Shown here in pieces: positions 12,065 through 26,547 of a DNA stretch of 64,000 bases. The notes under the pieces are model-generated. The model saw only the letters and a list, made by a program, of their open reading frames with translations, was not told the DNA's origin and did no database searches. Position 1 is the first letter of the stretch. Every line of letters begins with the position of its first letter. A program made the position numbers and the translations under genes. Source of the stretch: Octopus vulgaris (taxonomy: Eukaryota); contig OX597825.1 of the NCBI GenBank assembly GCA_951406725.2, positions 6,510,001-6,574,000 on the forward strand. Reading direction: 5' to 3'.

Positions 12065-12262
12065 CTGGCACCTGTGCCAGTGGCACGTAAAAAGCACCCA
12101 CTACACTCACGGAGTGGTTGGCGTTAGGAAGGACATCCAGCTGTAGAAACACTGCCAGATCAGACTGGAACCTGGTGCAGCCTCCTGGCTTCCCAGACCC
12201 CAGTCGAACTGTCCAACCCATGCTAGCATGGAAAAAGGGACGTTAAACAATGATGATGACGA
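12065..12262 (+). mobile_element. RTE 3' module, truncated
   Basis: Matches 8680-8868. Confidence 0.85.
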
Positions 12263-12418
12263 TATTTATGTGTGGCCAGACGTGAGGATATTGTGTTTAT
12301 GGTGCATACATGGAGAAGTGCAGTGACAAAGGAGAGATTGTTTTAACCCTTTTAGCATTCTGTCAGAAGTAATGCTTATTTAATCATATTGTTTTGAATA
12401 AATCATGCATTATCTTAA

Positions 12419-12544
12419 TAGTGTTTCTCAACCGTTTTGCCCTTGCATAACCCTTAAAATAAATTACATGTCTCAAGGAACCCCTGCACAAGCAAAATTA
12501 TATACTATATCTTTCTCATATATTTTTCATCATAGTTCACATAG

Positions 12545-12594
<50 letters not shown>

Positions 12595-12805
12595 ATATAT
12601 GGTGGTTATATTTTTTAATAACATAATAGGTTAGATAAGATGATGTCTATATTACAATATTACAATAACCAATAACATGTTGTGCATGTATAGTAATACT
12701 ACGATCATGAAATTAGCATTAGCTTATCTCACTTTTTCTCATGGAACTCCAAGGAATCTTTTGCAGATCCTTTGGGATCCAAGGAATCCCGGTTGAGAAA
12801 CACTG
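12419..12805. mobile_element. hAT (Charlie/MER5-like) MITE with internal (TCTA)n
   Basis: TIRs TAGTGTTTCTCAACC / GGTTGAGAAACACTG. Confidence 0.75.
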
Positions 12806-14034
12806 CCTTATAGCTTCATTGGAGCACTCAACAATGAGTTTTCAGCATCTTATAGCAGAAACGCCTGTAAGCTAATGAAGCTCATAGGATAATCATTTAT
12901 TCCTTTGTTTTCTCATTTCCTTACTACTGCTCTATACTCGTCCAACACTTCGTACAGAAGCATATTGCATATTAAGTTCTGCAATTTGACAAACTTAAAC
13001 CATAAAACCTTGAATCACAGGGATTTTGGAAGTCAGAATCTTGCATATTTCAAAACTGTATTTGAAGTTAAAATTACAAGTTGGAAGTACCTCAGCAATC
13101 AGTCTCTGTTGCCTGTTTAGTAACCTTCTTCCTGCTAGTACAATCATCACTGTTGCTATAATAACAGTGAAGATTAACCGTATCAAGATTATCAGGAGAT
13201 AAAGCTGTAACATTTCTTAAAGACTTGTTTGAAACTATCTTTTGATCCATTAACCTAGGTTTCGCTTTATAATCCTCTCTCATTCTCTGATAAGCTTATC
13301 TTGTTTAATGTCATCAATTAATGTCAGATGGCGACCATACTGACTCAGAGAAATGTTTCATGTTCATTAACAAAGCCATTATCAATAACGAAGGAGATTC
13401 TCAATAAATATTTTAGCTGTTTAACATTTCAGCTCCATTTCCTTCAGTCTATCGAACTATTAGCATATATTAGGTTGATGACATCATCATAATTATCATC
13501 ATCATTGTTGTTGCCATTAGTGTCGTCTGTATTTTTCTCAAAGTCATCATCGTCATCATCATCGTCAATTATATCATTACTGCCATTTTAACAATTGTGT
13601 TTATCATTTAACAATTTCATTGCAAAGGCGTTTTTGTTAGATTTATTTGATGTCAACTTCATTAATTTCAGCTTGGGTTCATAAAGATTGGATATTTCCA
13701 TTAGAGTTTAGTGACAAAAAATAGTCACAAGTCATTCTTCATTAAGTATCTTTCTAGGTTAAAGTCTCTGGCAAAAGATTAATAAATCATAGCAACGGTG
13801 GAATTCCAACAGCTGGTTTAAATTCCACCAATGTTTCATTTAGAGTTTGACAAATGAAGCTGGATCAATAACAATATTGTGTTATAAGAATCTACTTCAT
13901 CTGAAATGTGTTAAGAATTTCTAGATGTCAAAATGAAGGGGTGAAACAGGAAGTGGCCCAGCTACAGCAACCATCACTTACTTTACAAAAGAGCCACTCT
14001 AAACTAATGAGAAATAGTAAGTAGTGAATTGAAG

Positions 14035-14072
<38 letters not shown>

Positions 14073-14314
14073 AACGGCGACCATAGAAGAAACATGGTAG
14101 AAAGATAATTAAATATAAAGTGTAGCATAATTCCAGAGCCGTTTCCATGAGTGGTAAATAAATAAAATTTGCGAAGGTTTTAAGTGAAGATTGTAAACAT
14201 TTATTTGCAGTCAATGAGTTGTTTTGGAATGCAGGGGTGGGGGAGCTCTAAACAGTGATTTCTGAGTGAAGGATAAATAGAAAAATCATCATAATCATCA
14301 TCATCATCATCATC

Positions 14315-14548
14315 TGTTTCTTTACTACCCACAAGGGGCTAAACACAGAGGGGACAAACAAAGACGGACAAACGGATTAAGTTGATTATATCGACCCCAG
14401 TGCATAACTGGTACTTATTTAATCGACCCCCAAAAGGATGAAAGGCAAAGTCGACCTCGGCGGAATCTGAACTCAGAACGTAACGGCAGCCGAAATACAG
14501 CTACGCATTTCGCCCGGTGTGCTAATGTTTCTGCCAGCTTGCCACCTT
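14315..14548 (-). mobile_element. tRNA SINE inserted in (CAT)n
   Basis: Near-identical to 3153-3385. Confidence 0.85.
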
Positions 14549-14629
14549 TACATCATCATCACCATCATCATCATCTTTTAACATCCCTCTTCCATGTGGG
14601 CATGAGCTGGTTTGCATAAATACATAAAT

Positions 14630-15251
14630 GCTACCTGTGCCATGTAAAAAGCACTGGTGCTGGTGTCACATAAAAAGCACCCAGTACACTCTGTAAGGTG
14701 GCTGACGTTAAGAAGGGCCTCCAGCTGTAAAAACCATACCAAAACAGACAAAGGAGCTGGGAGTGGCCCCTGACCTTACCAGCTCCTGTCAAACCATCAA
14801 TCCCTTGCTGGTATGGAAAATTAACATTAAATGATGATGATGATGATAATAAATATATATAAATGATGATAAATATATATAAATATAAAGCACCGTCCGA
14901 ATGTGGCAGATGCCAGATAAAAATCAAATGGAAATTGTAGTTACGACACCCGTGCTGGTGACACATAAAAAGTACCGTCCGAACGTGGCAGATGCCAGCG
15001 CCACCTGACTGGCTTCTGTGTCGGTGACACGTAAAAGCACCAACTGATTGTGGCCGTTTGCCATCCTGCTCTGGCCCCTGTGCTGGTGGCACGTAAAAGA
15101 CACCCGTTAGGAAGGGCATCCAGCTGTAGAAACACTGCCAAATCAGACTAGAGCCTGGTGCAGCCTCCATGGCTTACCAGACCCTGGTTGAACCGTCCAA
15201 CCCATGCTAGCATGGAAAACGGGTTTTAAATGATGATGATGATGATGATGA
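14630..15251 (+). mobile_element. Two tandem RTE 3' modules
   Basis: Each ends TTAAATGATGATGAT. Confidence 0.8.
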
Positions 15252-16245
15252 TTTATGCATTTAGGAAAAATAAAGAATGATTTATAATTGATAAGAGATA
15301 ATTGTTATTTAAATAATATTTTTCAAAAGAAATATCATTTTATGACTTTGACAATGTCCTGGTGGACTGAATAGTTGGCTCTATCTTATTTAGTTGTTGT
15401 TGAGGCACTGCAAGGCTTGAATTATGTAAAGGTCAGTAAAACAAGAAGCAGAAGTATGTTACAATCATTTCATTTGATTACCTCTTTCACCTTAAAAAAT
15501 TAGCTTTAAGCCTTGTCCACAGAAATCGATATCAATGAATTCTGCCTTCAATTAATATATTCATCTAAAGTGGATTAACCTTTGAGAAGAGCCTGAAGAA
15601 AAATATTAAACAATGAACTGTGATATGTGAATTTAATGAAGTGAGTGCGATTCTACAGCTGGAATTTTTTGGTAGCAACTCACTGCTTGACCTATGGCTG
15701 TTGATGTGTAGATTGTATAAAAAGTCTACCGAGAAGAATGATTCTGAGAGAAAGACCTGAGAGAACAAAACAAATATGCCTCTGTGGTTATACGTTCTGA
15801 TTGAGGAATTCTTCTAATAACAGGAAGTAATTAGCTCAAAACTTTGGAATCGGTTAATAACTGTAATTTTCAAATCCTTCATTTCATTGGTAGGAAGGAT
15901 AGGTTTAGACTTCTTTCACTGTCAATTACTGATACTCGTTACTATAACATTATTTATCCAATCGAAAAGAAGTAAATAACGGACATTTAGTGCCATCAGT
16001 GGTTCATGTAAAGTCTTTGTTATTGGAATAACTCTGATAGTTATAGAGGTGATGTTTGGTCTTTCTTGTTGGGTTGAGTTAAGCAAATATAAAGTAAGTC
16101 ATCATTTCTCTCAGTTTTACAAACTGACATCTGACACTGCCTCATCCCTTTCTATTATAAATTTAATAGTTTTACTGAACTGGAGCCTTGTGGTTTGGAA
16201 GCAAACTTCTTACCAAAAGCCACACATGCTTGTGTGCACCTTCTC

Positions 16246-16288
<43 letters not shown>

Positions 16289-16361
16289 CACACATAGATT
16301 CAGTTGAATATGGTACTTATGTTAAAGGCACCAGAATTTAGTATGGTATTATCCATATAAT

Positions 16362-16558
16362 TCAAAATGGGGTGATTATAATCAAAATAAGCAACAAGGA
16401 TATCCAGAGGTAATGCAGTACGATCGTTTCATGCGGCTCCATTTAATTGAACAATGCAAATATTACATCAATATGTAATATTTGCATTGTTCAATTAAAT
16501 GGAGTCGCATGAAACGATCGTACTGCATTACCTCTGGATATCCTTGTTGCTTATTTTG

Positions 16559-16564
<6 letters not shown>
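16362..16564. repeat. Near-perfect palindrome (92-bp arms, CAAT loop) with one-sided tail; family F
   Basis: Arms 16377-16468 and 16473-16564 with one mismatch; diverged single-arm relative at 54597-54700. Confidence 0.95.
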
Positions 16565-16603
<39 letters not shown>

Positions 16604-18515
16604 CGGTATTCCATCTGTCTTTACGTTCTGAGTTCAAATTACGCTGAGGTCGAGTTTGGATTTCATCCTGGGGTCGATCTAATCGACTGGCCCCCTCGCC
16701 CCAAATTTCAGGCCTTGTGCCTAGCATAGAAAAGAAAGAAAGGCAAAAAAATTTTGCTGTCAGCTTTAGTCAACCCTGGTAAAAGAAAAAGAAAAGATAT
16801 ATTATTCCAACTTGAGTCAGTTGGATGTGAAATACAGCCAGAGCTGAAACTGCATCAACAATTTATTCCATTTTTATGACACACACATGCTAATGCATAA
16901 AATAAAGAACGCTGATCAAAAACAAAAGCCACTAAACCAGCTATTTTATGATCTAGCACTGCTGTTTCCCATTTCATTAGCTTAGTTTCTTCCCTTGTAA
17001 TTTTCTGTTTAATGCGGTCGTCTTTCACTCTGTCACTTAATTTAAATGTTGACAATGGACACAATATCTCTCAGGGGATTTGAAATATTTTGATAAACTT
17101 TTTGGGCACTTTTTCAAGCAACTGATTGGTTTGTTTTTTCAAAGTGGATTACATAATAAAATGTAGTTTGAATACTTTACCCCTAATTTTTTTTTTTCTT
17201 TTTGCCAGCATCAGTTAAATGATGATTTACAAATCTGGATATTGCATACTGTTTGTACAAGGGTTTTGTTTTTGTTTTTGTTTTACAATGGGATTATTTC
17301 CCTGCTGTTAACCAAGTTTACTCAAAGTCTCTCACAAATGGTGTGTAAACAATATCAAAAGGAATCTAAACCACAACGGAATCAGTCTGCTTGTAGGCTA
17401 CAGTGGCTGCTATCACTTATTTGCATTGTGGTGATAACAGCTGTAGAAACATTACCAGATCAGATTGGAGTCTGGTGCAGCCACTGCCTCTCAGACCTCG
17501 TTCAAACCGTCCAACCCATGCCAGCATGGAAAACGGACGTTAAACAATGACGATGATGATGACACATATATGTATATGTGTGTGCGTATGTTTATTTGAG
17601 TGGCCCCTTGTTTAGATATCACATGATGGCTGTAAACAAACCTCACCATCATACAAGTGAGGTTGTTTCCAGTTTTCCACGAGAAACCTGTCTGCCTTTG
17701 GGAAAATATTACCTTACTTGGAAACAGATGGGGAATGGTAACGGGAAGGGTATCTGACCATAGAAAAATCTGTCTCTATACATTCTGTCTGGCCAGTGCA
17801 AACACAGGAAATTGGATGTTAAATAATGATGATGAGGAGGAGACGAGAGAGAGAGAATGGTACTAAAGATATACTTTGATACATTGAATATTAAATATTA
17901 TTACTTTATACTCTCAGTTTCCGTTATAGCTATGCAGTTCAATGCAATATTTTCCCAATATTTTAAATATTTCCATTGACTTCTGTTATTAATAGAAGGT
18001 TGAAAATATAAAATTATGTTTCTGTATAAATATTTTTCCAAACTGACATTTTCAATTTAAAGAGATTTGCAAGAAGACACATTGTGATTTTATTTCTCTT
18101 ATTGGAAGCTGGCAATATTTTTTTCCATTACAGGGTCTTTACATCGAATCTAAAGAGATTCCATTATGGAAGAAACATTTTTTTTTTTTTTTTCATGTAT
18201 TAAAACAGGCAGAAAAGAAAGAACTCGGAGCCTATAGAATATTGTTTATTTGAAGCATGAGGGTTGGAAGTTAGTAAATTAGTTTGTTTATACTGAAGTT
18301 CAAAATATATTTATAGCTATTGGAATGGTTTTTCTCTGAGCAGATTTCCAACAATGGAAATACTATCTGTAATGTTTCTCTTAGGCTAACAGTAACTATT
18401 ATGCCATCCTTTTTCGAAGGTGCATTTAAACCAAGTCGTGTTTCAGACTTACAGATAAACAATAAAGCTATTTGTGTGCTTAGCTAAACTTTATCTCTTA
18501 ACATTTTTTGATGAT

Positions 18516-18956
18516 GATTAATGCTGGTGTACCCAAGTTAGATATATATTGCTCTCCTGGTTAATTAATTATTTTCATTGGTATGTAAGAGGCACCATTC
18601 GAGCGGGATCGTTACCAGCATCACCTTACTGGCACCTGTGCCGGTGGCATGTGTAAAAAGATTTGAGCAAGGTCGTTACCAGTACCGCCTGACTGGCCCC
18701 CGTGCCAGTGGCACTTAAAAAGCATCCACTACACTCTCAGAGTGGTTGGCATTAGGAAGGGCATCCAGCTGTAGAAACCCTGCCAGATCAAGATTGAAGC
18801 CTGGTGCAGCCATCTGATTCGCCAGCCCTCAGTCAAAATCGTCCAACCCATGCTAGCATGGAAAGCGGACGTTAAACGTTGATGATGATGAAGATTAATG
18901 CTGGTATACCCAAGTTAGATATATATTGCTCTCTTGGTTAATTAGTTATTTTCATT
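18516..18956 (+). mobile_element. RTE 3' module flanked by a 64-bp direct duplication
   Basis: 18516-18579 matches 18893-18956 (3 mismatches) around the insert. Confidence 0.9.
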
Positions 18957-19224
18957 AGCTATCTAGTGTAGTTTAATTTTAATTGTCTCAACACTTTCAA
19001 AATATTAGGCAAGTTCATCTGTCTGAGACAGAATCACCATTATCTTTCTTAAGAATTAATTTCCTTTTCATGTTATTATCGTTTAGTTCTACTTCGGTCT
19101 CGATTGAACAGGTTTTCAATCAAAGAATTCTAACCGTGTTCCTTATATTTGCTTTAGTCACAATGTATCTAGGACTACATTATGTCACGTGTTCTTGTTT
19201 ATCTTTATATCCTTTAATTCTTTA

Positions 19225-19403
19225 ATTTGTTTCAGTCATTAGACTGTGGCCATACTGGGGCAATGCCTTGAATTTTTAGTCAAATGGATCAACTCCAGTA
19301 CTTATTTTTGAAGCCTGATACTTATTCTATTAGTCTCTTTTGCTGAACTGCTAAGTTATAGGAACATAAACATGCCAACACACACATATATATGTGGTAG
19401 GGA

Positions 19404-19441
<38 letters not shown>

Positions 19442-19565
19442 CATATATATATATGATGGGCTTCTTTCAGTTTCCGTCTTTCAAATCCACTCATGAGACT
19501 TTGGTCAGCTTGAGGCTATAGTAGAAGATACTTGCCCAAGGTGTCACTGAACCCAGAACCATGTG
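19225..19565 (-). mobile_element. tRNA SINE (GGCGCAGGAGTGGCTGTGTGG family)
   Basis: Reverse complement of 38889-39292. Confidence 0.8.
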
Positions 19566-19628
19566 AAAGTAATTCAGGGAATATTTGTTTGTTGAAGTTC
19601 CTCACTTCATGTTTTTTGTTATTATCAG

Positions 19629-19921
19629 ATGTGTAGAATTGTATTTATCTAAAATTGTCTTTGTCAAAGAGGAACGGGAAACCAGAAACCTACAACTGTG
19701 TGACTGTGGGTCCAGCATAATGGCTTATTACATCTTTGACCGAGATAGATCGTTTCAGTCTATTCAGCTGTAAATGGATACCACCCCAGAGCTGGTTCAG
19801 TTCTCTCTCTCTCTCCATTCACCTGTTACATTTTAGATGTTCAGCCGAGTTGAGAATGGTAGGGTCAAAAGACAATGTCCTTGCGTACCTGTCATTGCAC
19901 AGCCATTTAAACCAGTCATAA
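19629..19921 (+). CDS. Possible two terminal coding exons (19629-19769 and 19837-19921) of a plus-strand gene, product unknown
   Basis: atcag acceptor, weak gtaaat donor, 67-nt intron with pyrimidine tract; phases join to give CVELYLSK..QSIQLCSAELRM..LNQS*; no recognisable domain. Confidence 0.22.
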
Positions 19922-22691
19922 AACAACAAAGCCATACTCTCTTGTGAGTCAGAGCTATGGTCATTGGTTATTGTTTTATACTCTGCTGTAAATATTGTCC
20001 ATGAAAATAAATTCTTCATTAACGAAATTAAAAAGAAATATACACACTTTGAAACATCAGTTTTATCAAAATGAAAGAAAACACACCAAAGCATGAAAAA
20101 TGTATTGCATTTATTGAAAATCGTTGCAGTTAGCAGAATAACAAATGGCTGCAACTCGAGTGTTTTAACAATTGTTATCGATGTGTCAGTTTCTTTTTCT
20201 CTTTAGTTTTTCTTTGATTTAATCCTCATTTTTTTTTCAACTGGCTCATCTCAATTCTAAATAAACCATTTCTTTCATGATATCACTTTAATTTTCTGTT
20301 GTCTGAAAATCTTGCTACCTTGGTGAATATTTAGTTTGTAAGAATCGGTCTGGGTTTTTGAGTTTTTCCCTTGTTAGACATCATTTCCAACTTACAAAAC
20401 TGGAATTAAGAGAAGAATATTCCAAAATTTACAGATAAGGGTAGAAAGGGATAAAAAAAGGTATTAAATGATGATGACATATTCTGGCTTGATCTGTTTT
20501 TTTCTTCTTTTTTTTTTTTTAATAATGCACGTATGTATGTACATGTAGTCCAAATTATATGTAGAAGTACATTTAAAGATATGTGTGTATATTTTGTCGT
20601 TAAATGTGTATACTGCACATTTATATTAATTGTGTATATTTATGTAAGTCAGTGTGTGTATTTGCTTGCATACATGTAAACATGTGTTTTTGTGTACTTA
20701 TGTGTATGTATGTGTGTATATATACATTCTAAAAAATTAACCAACCACTCAGACTAAAACTTACCATTCCAGTAGCACACCAAGACACCATTCACAACAT
20801 CTACACAACTTCAATTTCATGTTAGAACATTGTACCTGAAATTACACTTTTAACAGCTGAACAAGCTGGTGGTGGTGGTGGTGGTGAGAGGGGGAAGTAT
20901 GGGGACCACATGGGGTCATTATTCATTTTAAAATGATTGAAGAAGGAACAGCAAAGAGCTGCTGAAACATGGCTACATGATTAGGAATAATTTACCACAT
21001 GAATGGATTATCAATATTCACAGTTAGCCAAAGTACCAGAACCACGAGCAACAGCAACTAAATACCAATCCATATAATGGATAGAGAGAGACCCCTATAA
21101 TAGATAGAGACAATGTCTCTACATGGTTATTTGACCGGCTAAATACAGCAGCCAAATTCCCTGAAATCATGCCCTACAATCTTATAAAAGGTGGGATATA
21201 CTGGACAATGTAGTCCTAGAGTATAAAAAGATTGGATGGCCACATCTGGAACGCCTTTGATTATAAACCTGCTCAGGGATGGGTTGACCTGGATCTAAAT
21301 AATAACAATAACAGCAATGGTATGTCTTAATGAAACCTGAAAACAAACGACTAATTTCTAACAGAGTAAATTACTTAGAAAAAAGCATTCTACATTGTGA
21401 CACAGTCAGAACAACCCTGTGTTCCTTTAAAATATGATCCTATTTGCTTAATTGGGCTTACAGAAATGAATCTCTTATATGCAGATGGAAGGAAGCTAAA
21501 TAGGGACCAGGTGTTAAGCAATGACATCAACCACTAACAGCTGAGTGAAAAGAGATGGATCAAACCTCATATATAATAACGAAAAAGAAGTTAAATAGTA
21601 TGATCTGAGAAAAACTTGGACATGACTAACAAAATAACATGAAAACACTGTCTCTAGAATTATGTATGAACCTTTGTATCTTGGTCAAGATTAAAATGGT
21701 CAGTATGATGGCTCAATCAACAGAAGCGAAGATATGAACTGATGAGACAATGATAATATGCCTTTTGGTGAAGATGAGGAAATTACCCACAATACTTTTG
21801 CAGTGCTTGTTTTGGTCGCTGAGTTTAGTTTTTAAATAAAACTTTAAAGTCATGGTTTTTTAAGATATGAAGTGGAACAAGTTGAATCTTTTGCATTCAA
21901 CGATTATAAAACCCACCAAATCTAGGACAGGTAATGGAGTGAGAAGTGTGTTGATATAACCCCTACAGGTGTTCATACAAACAAGTAGATAGTTACATCT
22001 TGGAGTTTATTCACAGAGAATTCAAGAACAAGACAAATGAAATACTTTTTGTATAAAATACAAACAACAGCAGTCAATAATATGGTAAAAACTAAGAGAA
22101 TTATGCACATCATTTCAAGAAATAATCTGTGAAACATTACCATATTTGGTTGCAAGACTCACGGATAAAGCTTATGGCATTGACCAATAAAGAAGAAATC
22201 ATAAAGAATGATGTAGGAAATTGAAACCTGGCAACAAATGATGTCCCAACTAGCTTCTGATGTGCATGAATAAAAAAGGTACTTCCTGTTTCGCAATCAA
22301 AAGGGAACAAGGATCCTAATAAATTTGGGGATCAAAATATATAGAAATATTTTAAATTATCACCTTTAATCTGATAATCTCTAAATATCAACTTAAAGAA
22401 CAGACCAGTTGGGTCAGCTGGCTGAAATAAGTGTTATAATCCCAAACTGGAATGTCTAAGTTTAAAAAGTTTTAATCGACTAAAAATACACCAATCTACA
22501 ATACAAACTAAGATTGTTAAATTGTAAGCAAAACCAAACTTCAACGCAATAACAGTTTTATGCAGCGAGTTGCTACAGTCTCAACTAACTAAAAACTAAC
22601 ACTGGTCACGTTGTGCCGTAAAAAGAACAGAACTCTGCGCAGTTGCACTGCTGGCAAATAACAGCAATCGAGACAATCAAAGTCATGTAGT

Positions 22692-23000
22692 GGAGGCACA
22701 TGGCCTAGTGGCTAGAGCAGTGGACTCGCAGTCGAGGGATCACAGGTTTGAATCCTAGACTGGGCGATGTGTGTGTTTATGAGCGAAACACCTAAGTTCC
22801 ATGCAGCTCTGGCAGAAGGTAATGGCGAACTTCTGCTGACTCTTTTGCCATAACTTTCTCTCACTCTTTCCTCCTGCATCTTACAGCTCACCTGTGATGG
22901 ACCGGTGTCCTGGCCAGGTGGGGGAACCTATACACCAAGGAAACCAGGAAACCGGCCCTTATGAGCCAGGCCCAGCTCGAGAAGGAACTAACAACAACAA
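22692..23000 (+). mobile_element. Full-length tRNA SINE with (CAA)n tail and target-site duplication
   Basis: Box A TGGCCTAGTGG, box B GGTTTGAATCC, TSD AAAGTCATGT on both sides; relative at 49463-49735. Confidence 0.85.
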
Positions 23001-23640
23001 AAGTCATGTGATAAAAGCTAAAATCACAACAATTAGTACCTGGGAAATTAACACAACTCTGTAATAAACACGGAAAACTAATATATATATAGAACAATTA
23101 CAATCTGTAGGAACTTATGAAACTCAAAACACAAATGAGAAATATTGTTTCTGAATTATGACCCCAAAATCAGCTGCAATATTTGTTGTTACTCAGCCCT
23201 TTAAATCATGATTTAGCCAGGAAATAACGAAATGTTGCATCCATGAGAACCTGCTTCAGTACAGTTTTCTTTGCCTCCTTGACAAGCCAGCTATAGGAAA
23301 CTGACAAGAAGAAAGGGATTCTTGTTTCTAGAAATAAGAAAATGCTGGAATCAGTATACAACCAGGAATGAACTGCAAGCTGTCAAATTTGTGTAATTAG
23401 TGGAAATTAACCAAGTAGAATGAATTAAAGAGACTGCAAGGTATTGTTTGAAACTATTGAACATTCCGAAAGTCTCTTAGCTGCCCTATATTGATGCTCA
23501 TAATACTTTAATTTAATCTGGTTTCTTGAGGAATACTGAACTATAAGTAACCAAAGAAAAACCCAAGAAAGACTCAATGAGAAAGATTGAGATTTACAGA
23601 AGTTAAATCGAGTTGATCTGGAAATGAAATAATTTGCATA

Positions 23641-23864
23641 TATGAGCTGTGAGTCAGACTCATATCATGAGCTGTGAGTCAGATTCGTATCATGAGCCGT
23701 GAGTCAGACTCATATCATGAGCTGTGAGTCAGACTCATATCATGAGCTGTGAGTCAGACTCATCTCATGAGCTGTGAGTCAGATTCATACCATGAGCTGT
23801 GAGTCAGACTCATCTCATGAGCTGTGAGTCAGATTCATATCATGAGCTGTGAGTCAGGCTCATC
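23641..23864. repeat. 25-bp minisatellite, 9 copies (CATGAGCTGTGAGTCAGACTCATAT)
   Basis: Direct reading; each unit contains TGAGTCA. Confidence 0.95.
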
Positions 23865-24571
23865 AAAATGATGAGGCTCAAGCTATTGACAGAGAGAGTC
23901 AAAGTGAATTCTGTAACTCAATCACTAATAATTTGTCATAGCCTTCATGGGTCACCTCATCTACATTTAGAGATTCATCATTGAATATTTCTGATAGAGT
24001 GGAAAAACATGCCCAAGGTGGCTAAAATAAGGAGTAAAGATTCTAATTAACATGTTTCTAAGGGTTAGAAATTCAACATGATTAGAAAGCTCAGAATTCT
24101 TGTTAAAAAACCTGGCAACTCCAGATGCTTCTGGTCAGTTATCAAAAAGCAAAACATCAAAGACAAGCTTAGACCAGAAACTGCAGATGGGTATAGATAC
24201 AATAACTACAGGTATATGAATGGAGGTGGGGGTTTCAGGTGCACTTACAAAGGTAAGGTTATTCATCACGTAGATTTCTTAACTGGTAACTATGAGAATA
24301 TATATATATATGGGTGTGTTTCTGTGTGACCACATACATGTACATACATAGAAATGCATGTATGTGCATATATTATATAAGATGATGTCCATGAGGTGTG
24401 TTCGCATATATAAACAGAGGTATGGCTGTTGGATGAAGGAGCTTGATTTTGTGGCCATGTGGCTCATGATTTAATTCAAGAGAGCAGTGGGTGCCTTTGA
24501 TGATAGTCTCATTCTGACCAATAATGTTTGAGTGAAATTTGAGAGGTGGAAATCGTGGGAGGCATGTTTTA

Positions 24572-24609
<38 letters not shown>

Positions 24610-24857
24610 CACACAGATATACAAAGAAAAATATATATGCAGACATATATTACTATATATTTTTATATAACTTTCTCCAACTCACATCCACTCTCTTTCT
24701 CTCTCTCACCATATATATATATATATATACATAGCATGGTGGTATCTTGTAGATACTCTAATTTATAACTTTAATAATTATTACCTTTGAAGGTTATTTT
24801 TTCCATGCTGACCACTTGATAAGTTCGTTATTTTATTTTAAATTAACGATCTTATCC

Positions 24858-24921
<64 letters not shown>

Positions 24922-25671
24922 ATGTGTGTCACATGTAAATATAACAGATTTGAAAGTGTATATCATATTGCAATATACACCCATGGCTACATATGTTTTA
25001 CGAAGATAGAAAACAAAAAATAGACAGAATTGAAGAATGGTAAACAATACATTAGAGTAAATGAGAATGAAAGCAATACCATATGAAGTGGTTATTAGAC
25101 TTAGCGGGAGGATGTTAGTTCAAGTAAATAATGAGATTTATCACATGGAAGGTTTTCAAAGTTGTACAAACACTCCTTGACCATTTACTTAATTGTTCAT
25201 TTGGGACAGCAAAAAAAAAAAAAAAAAAAAGAGAATTGAAATTTAATATTTTACCAAATTTTATTTCATGTATGAATTATATAATGGAGCAATTTTTTTC
25301 CTTTGTTTTCATACAAATATTGTTATTTTGTTTCATTTTTTTTATGCATCATAATAATCATAAAATGTTATATCTGTACAATGCACACAGCTAGATATCC
25401 AATGTGAACAGAAAAAAAAACAGAAAAGAACAAATTGAGTCTCATAACAGTTTTTTATGTATTCTATTAACAACACATGTGTATATCTATGAATGTGCAT
25501 GTGTATATCTTTATCAATATACTCTATGTATATGTGCATACATGTGCATGTCTGTGCATATATATATATACATATATGCATACATGCATGTAACTACACA
25601 TATATATGTCAACAATATTAAGCATACAAAACTGATATAAGAGCAAATTCATTCCTATATGTATGCACCTC

Positions 25672-25710
<39 letters not shown>

Positions 25711-25829
25711 GTGTGTGTGTGTGCATGTTTCTAAGCATGTTTGTATATATATATTTTATATATAAGTTCAGCCTATGAATATATGTATATGAATGTATGC
25801 ATTGGTAAATGCATGTACTTTAATACAGT

Positions 25830-25834
<5 letters not shown>

Positions 25835-25874
<40 letters not shown>

Positions 25875-26078
25875 TTATATATATACACATTCACAGGCAT
25901 AAATATATAGACATAAATTTATAAATATATACAGATATATACAAATACTCAGACAGACAGACACACACATGCACAAATATGTAAAAATATATATCAATAT
26001 ATGCATATACATACACACATATAGATATATACATGAATACATATGTGCATATATACATACACATATTCACAGTTGTAT

Positions 26079-26112
<34 letters not shown>

Positions 26113-26495
26113 GTATATATATATATACACACACATATAAGTATAGACACATGTATATACTCACGTATATATACAAATATTTATATATGTGTGCATGTAT
26201 ATATATGCACAGACACGTATGTATATGTACATGTATATACATATACATACATATAGATATACATATGTACATGTCTATTTATGTACCATAAAGATGAATA
26301 TGCACATTTATATAGACACATGCATATAAATAAGCATGTATACGTATGTATATAAACATAAATATATAGGTACCCACACAGATATATACATATATATTAC
26401 AAACATATACATTTAAACATGTATATTTATATACATACACAGATATACATTGCTAAACATGTACACTCCCATATAAATATACACATGAACACACA

Positions 26496-26547
<52 letters not shown>

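Noticed and set aside
15565-15830. Stop-poor frames suggesting a coding exon
   Set aside because: In-frame stops, no consistent splice pair, no motif
23641-23864. CRISPR-like array
   Set aside because: Contiguous units with no unique spacers, eukaryotic context, no cas genes
24078-24329. 83-aa ORF with AAAG|gtaagg donor
   Set aside because: FWSVIKK resembles a decayed LINE linker, and no partner exons were found
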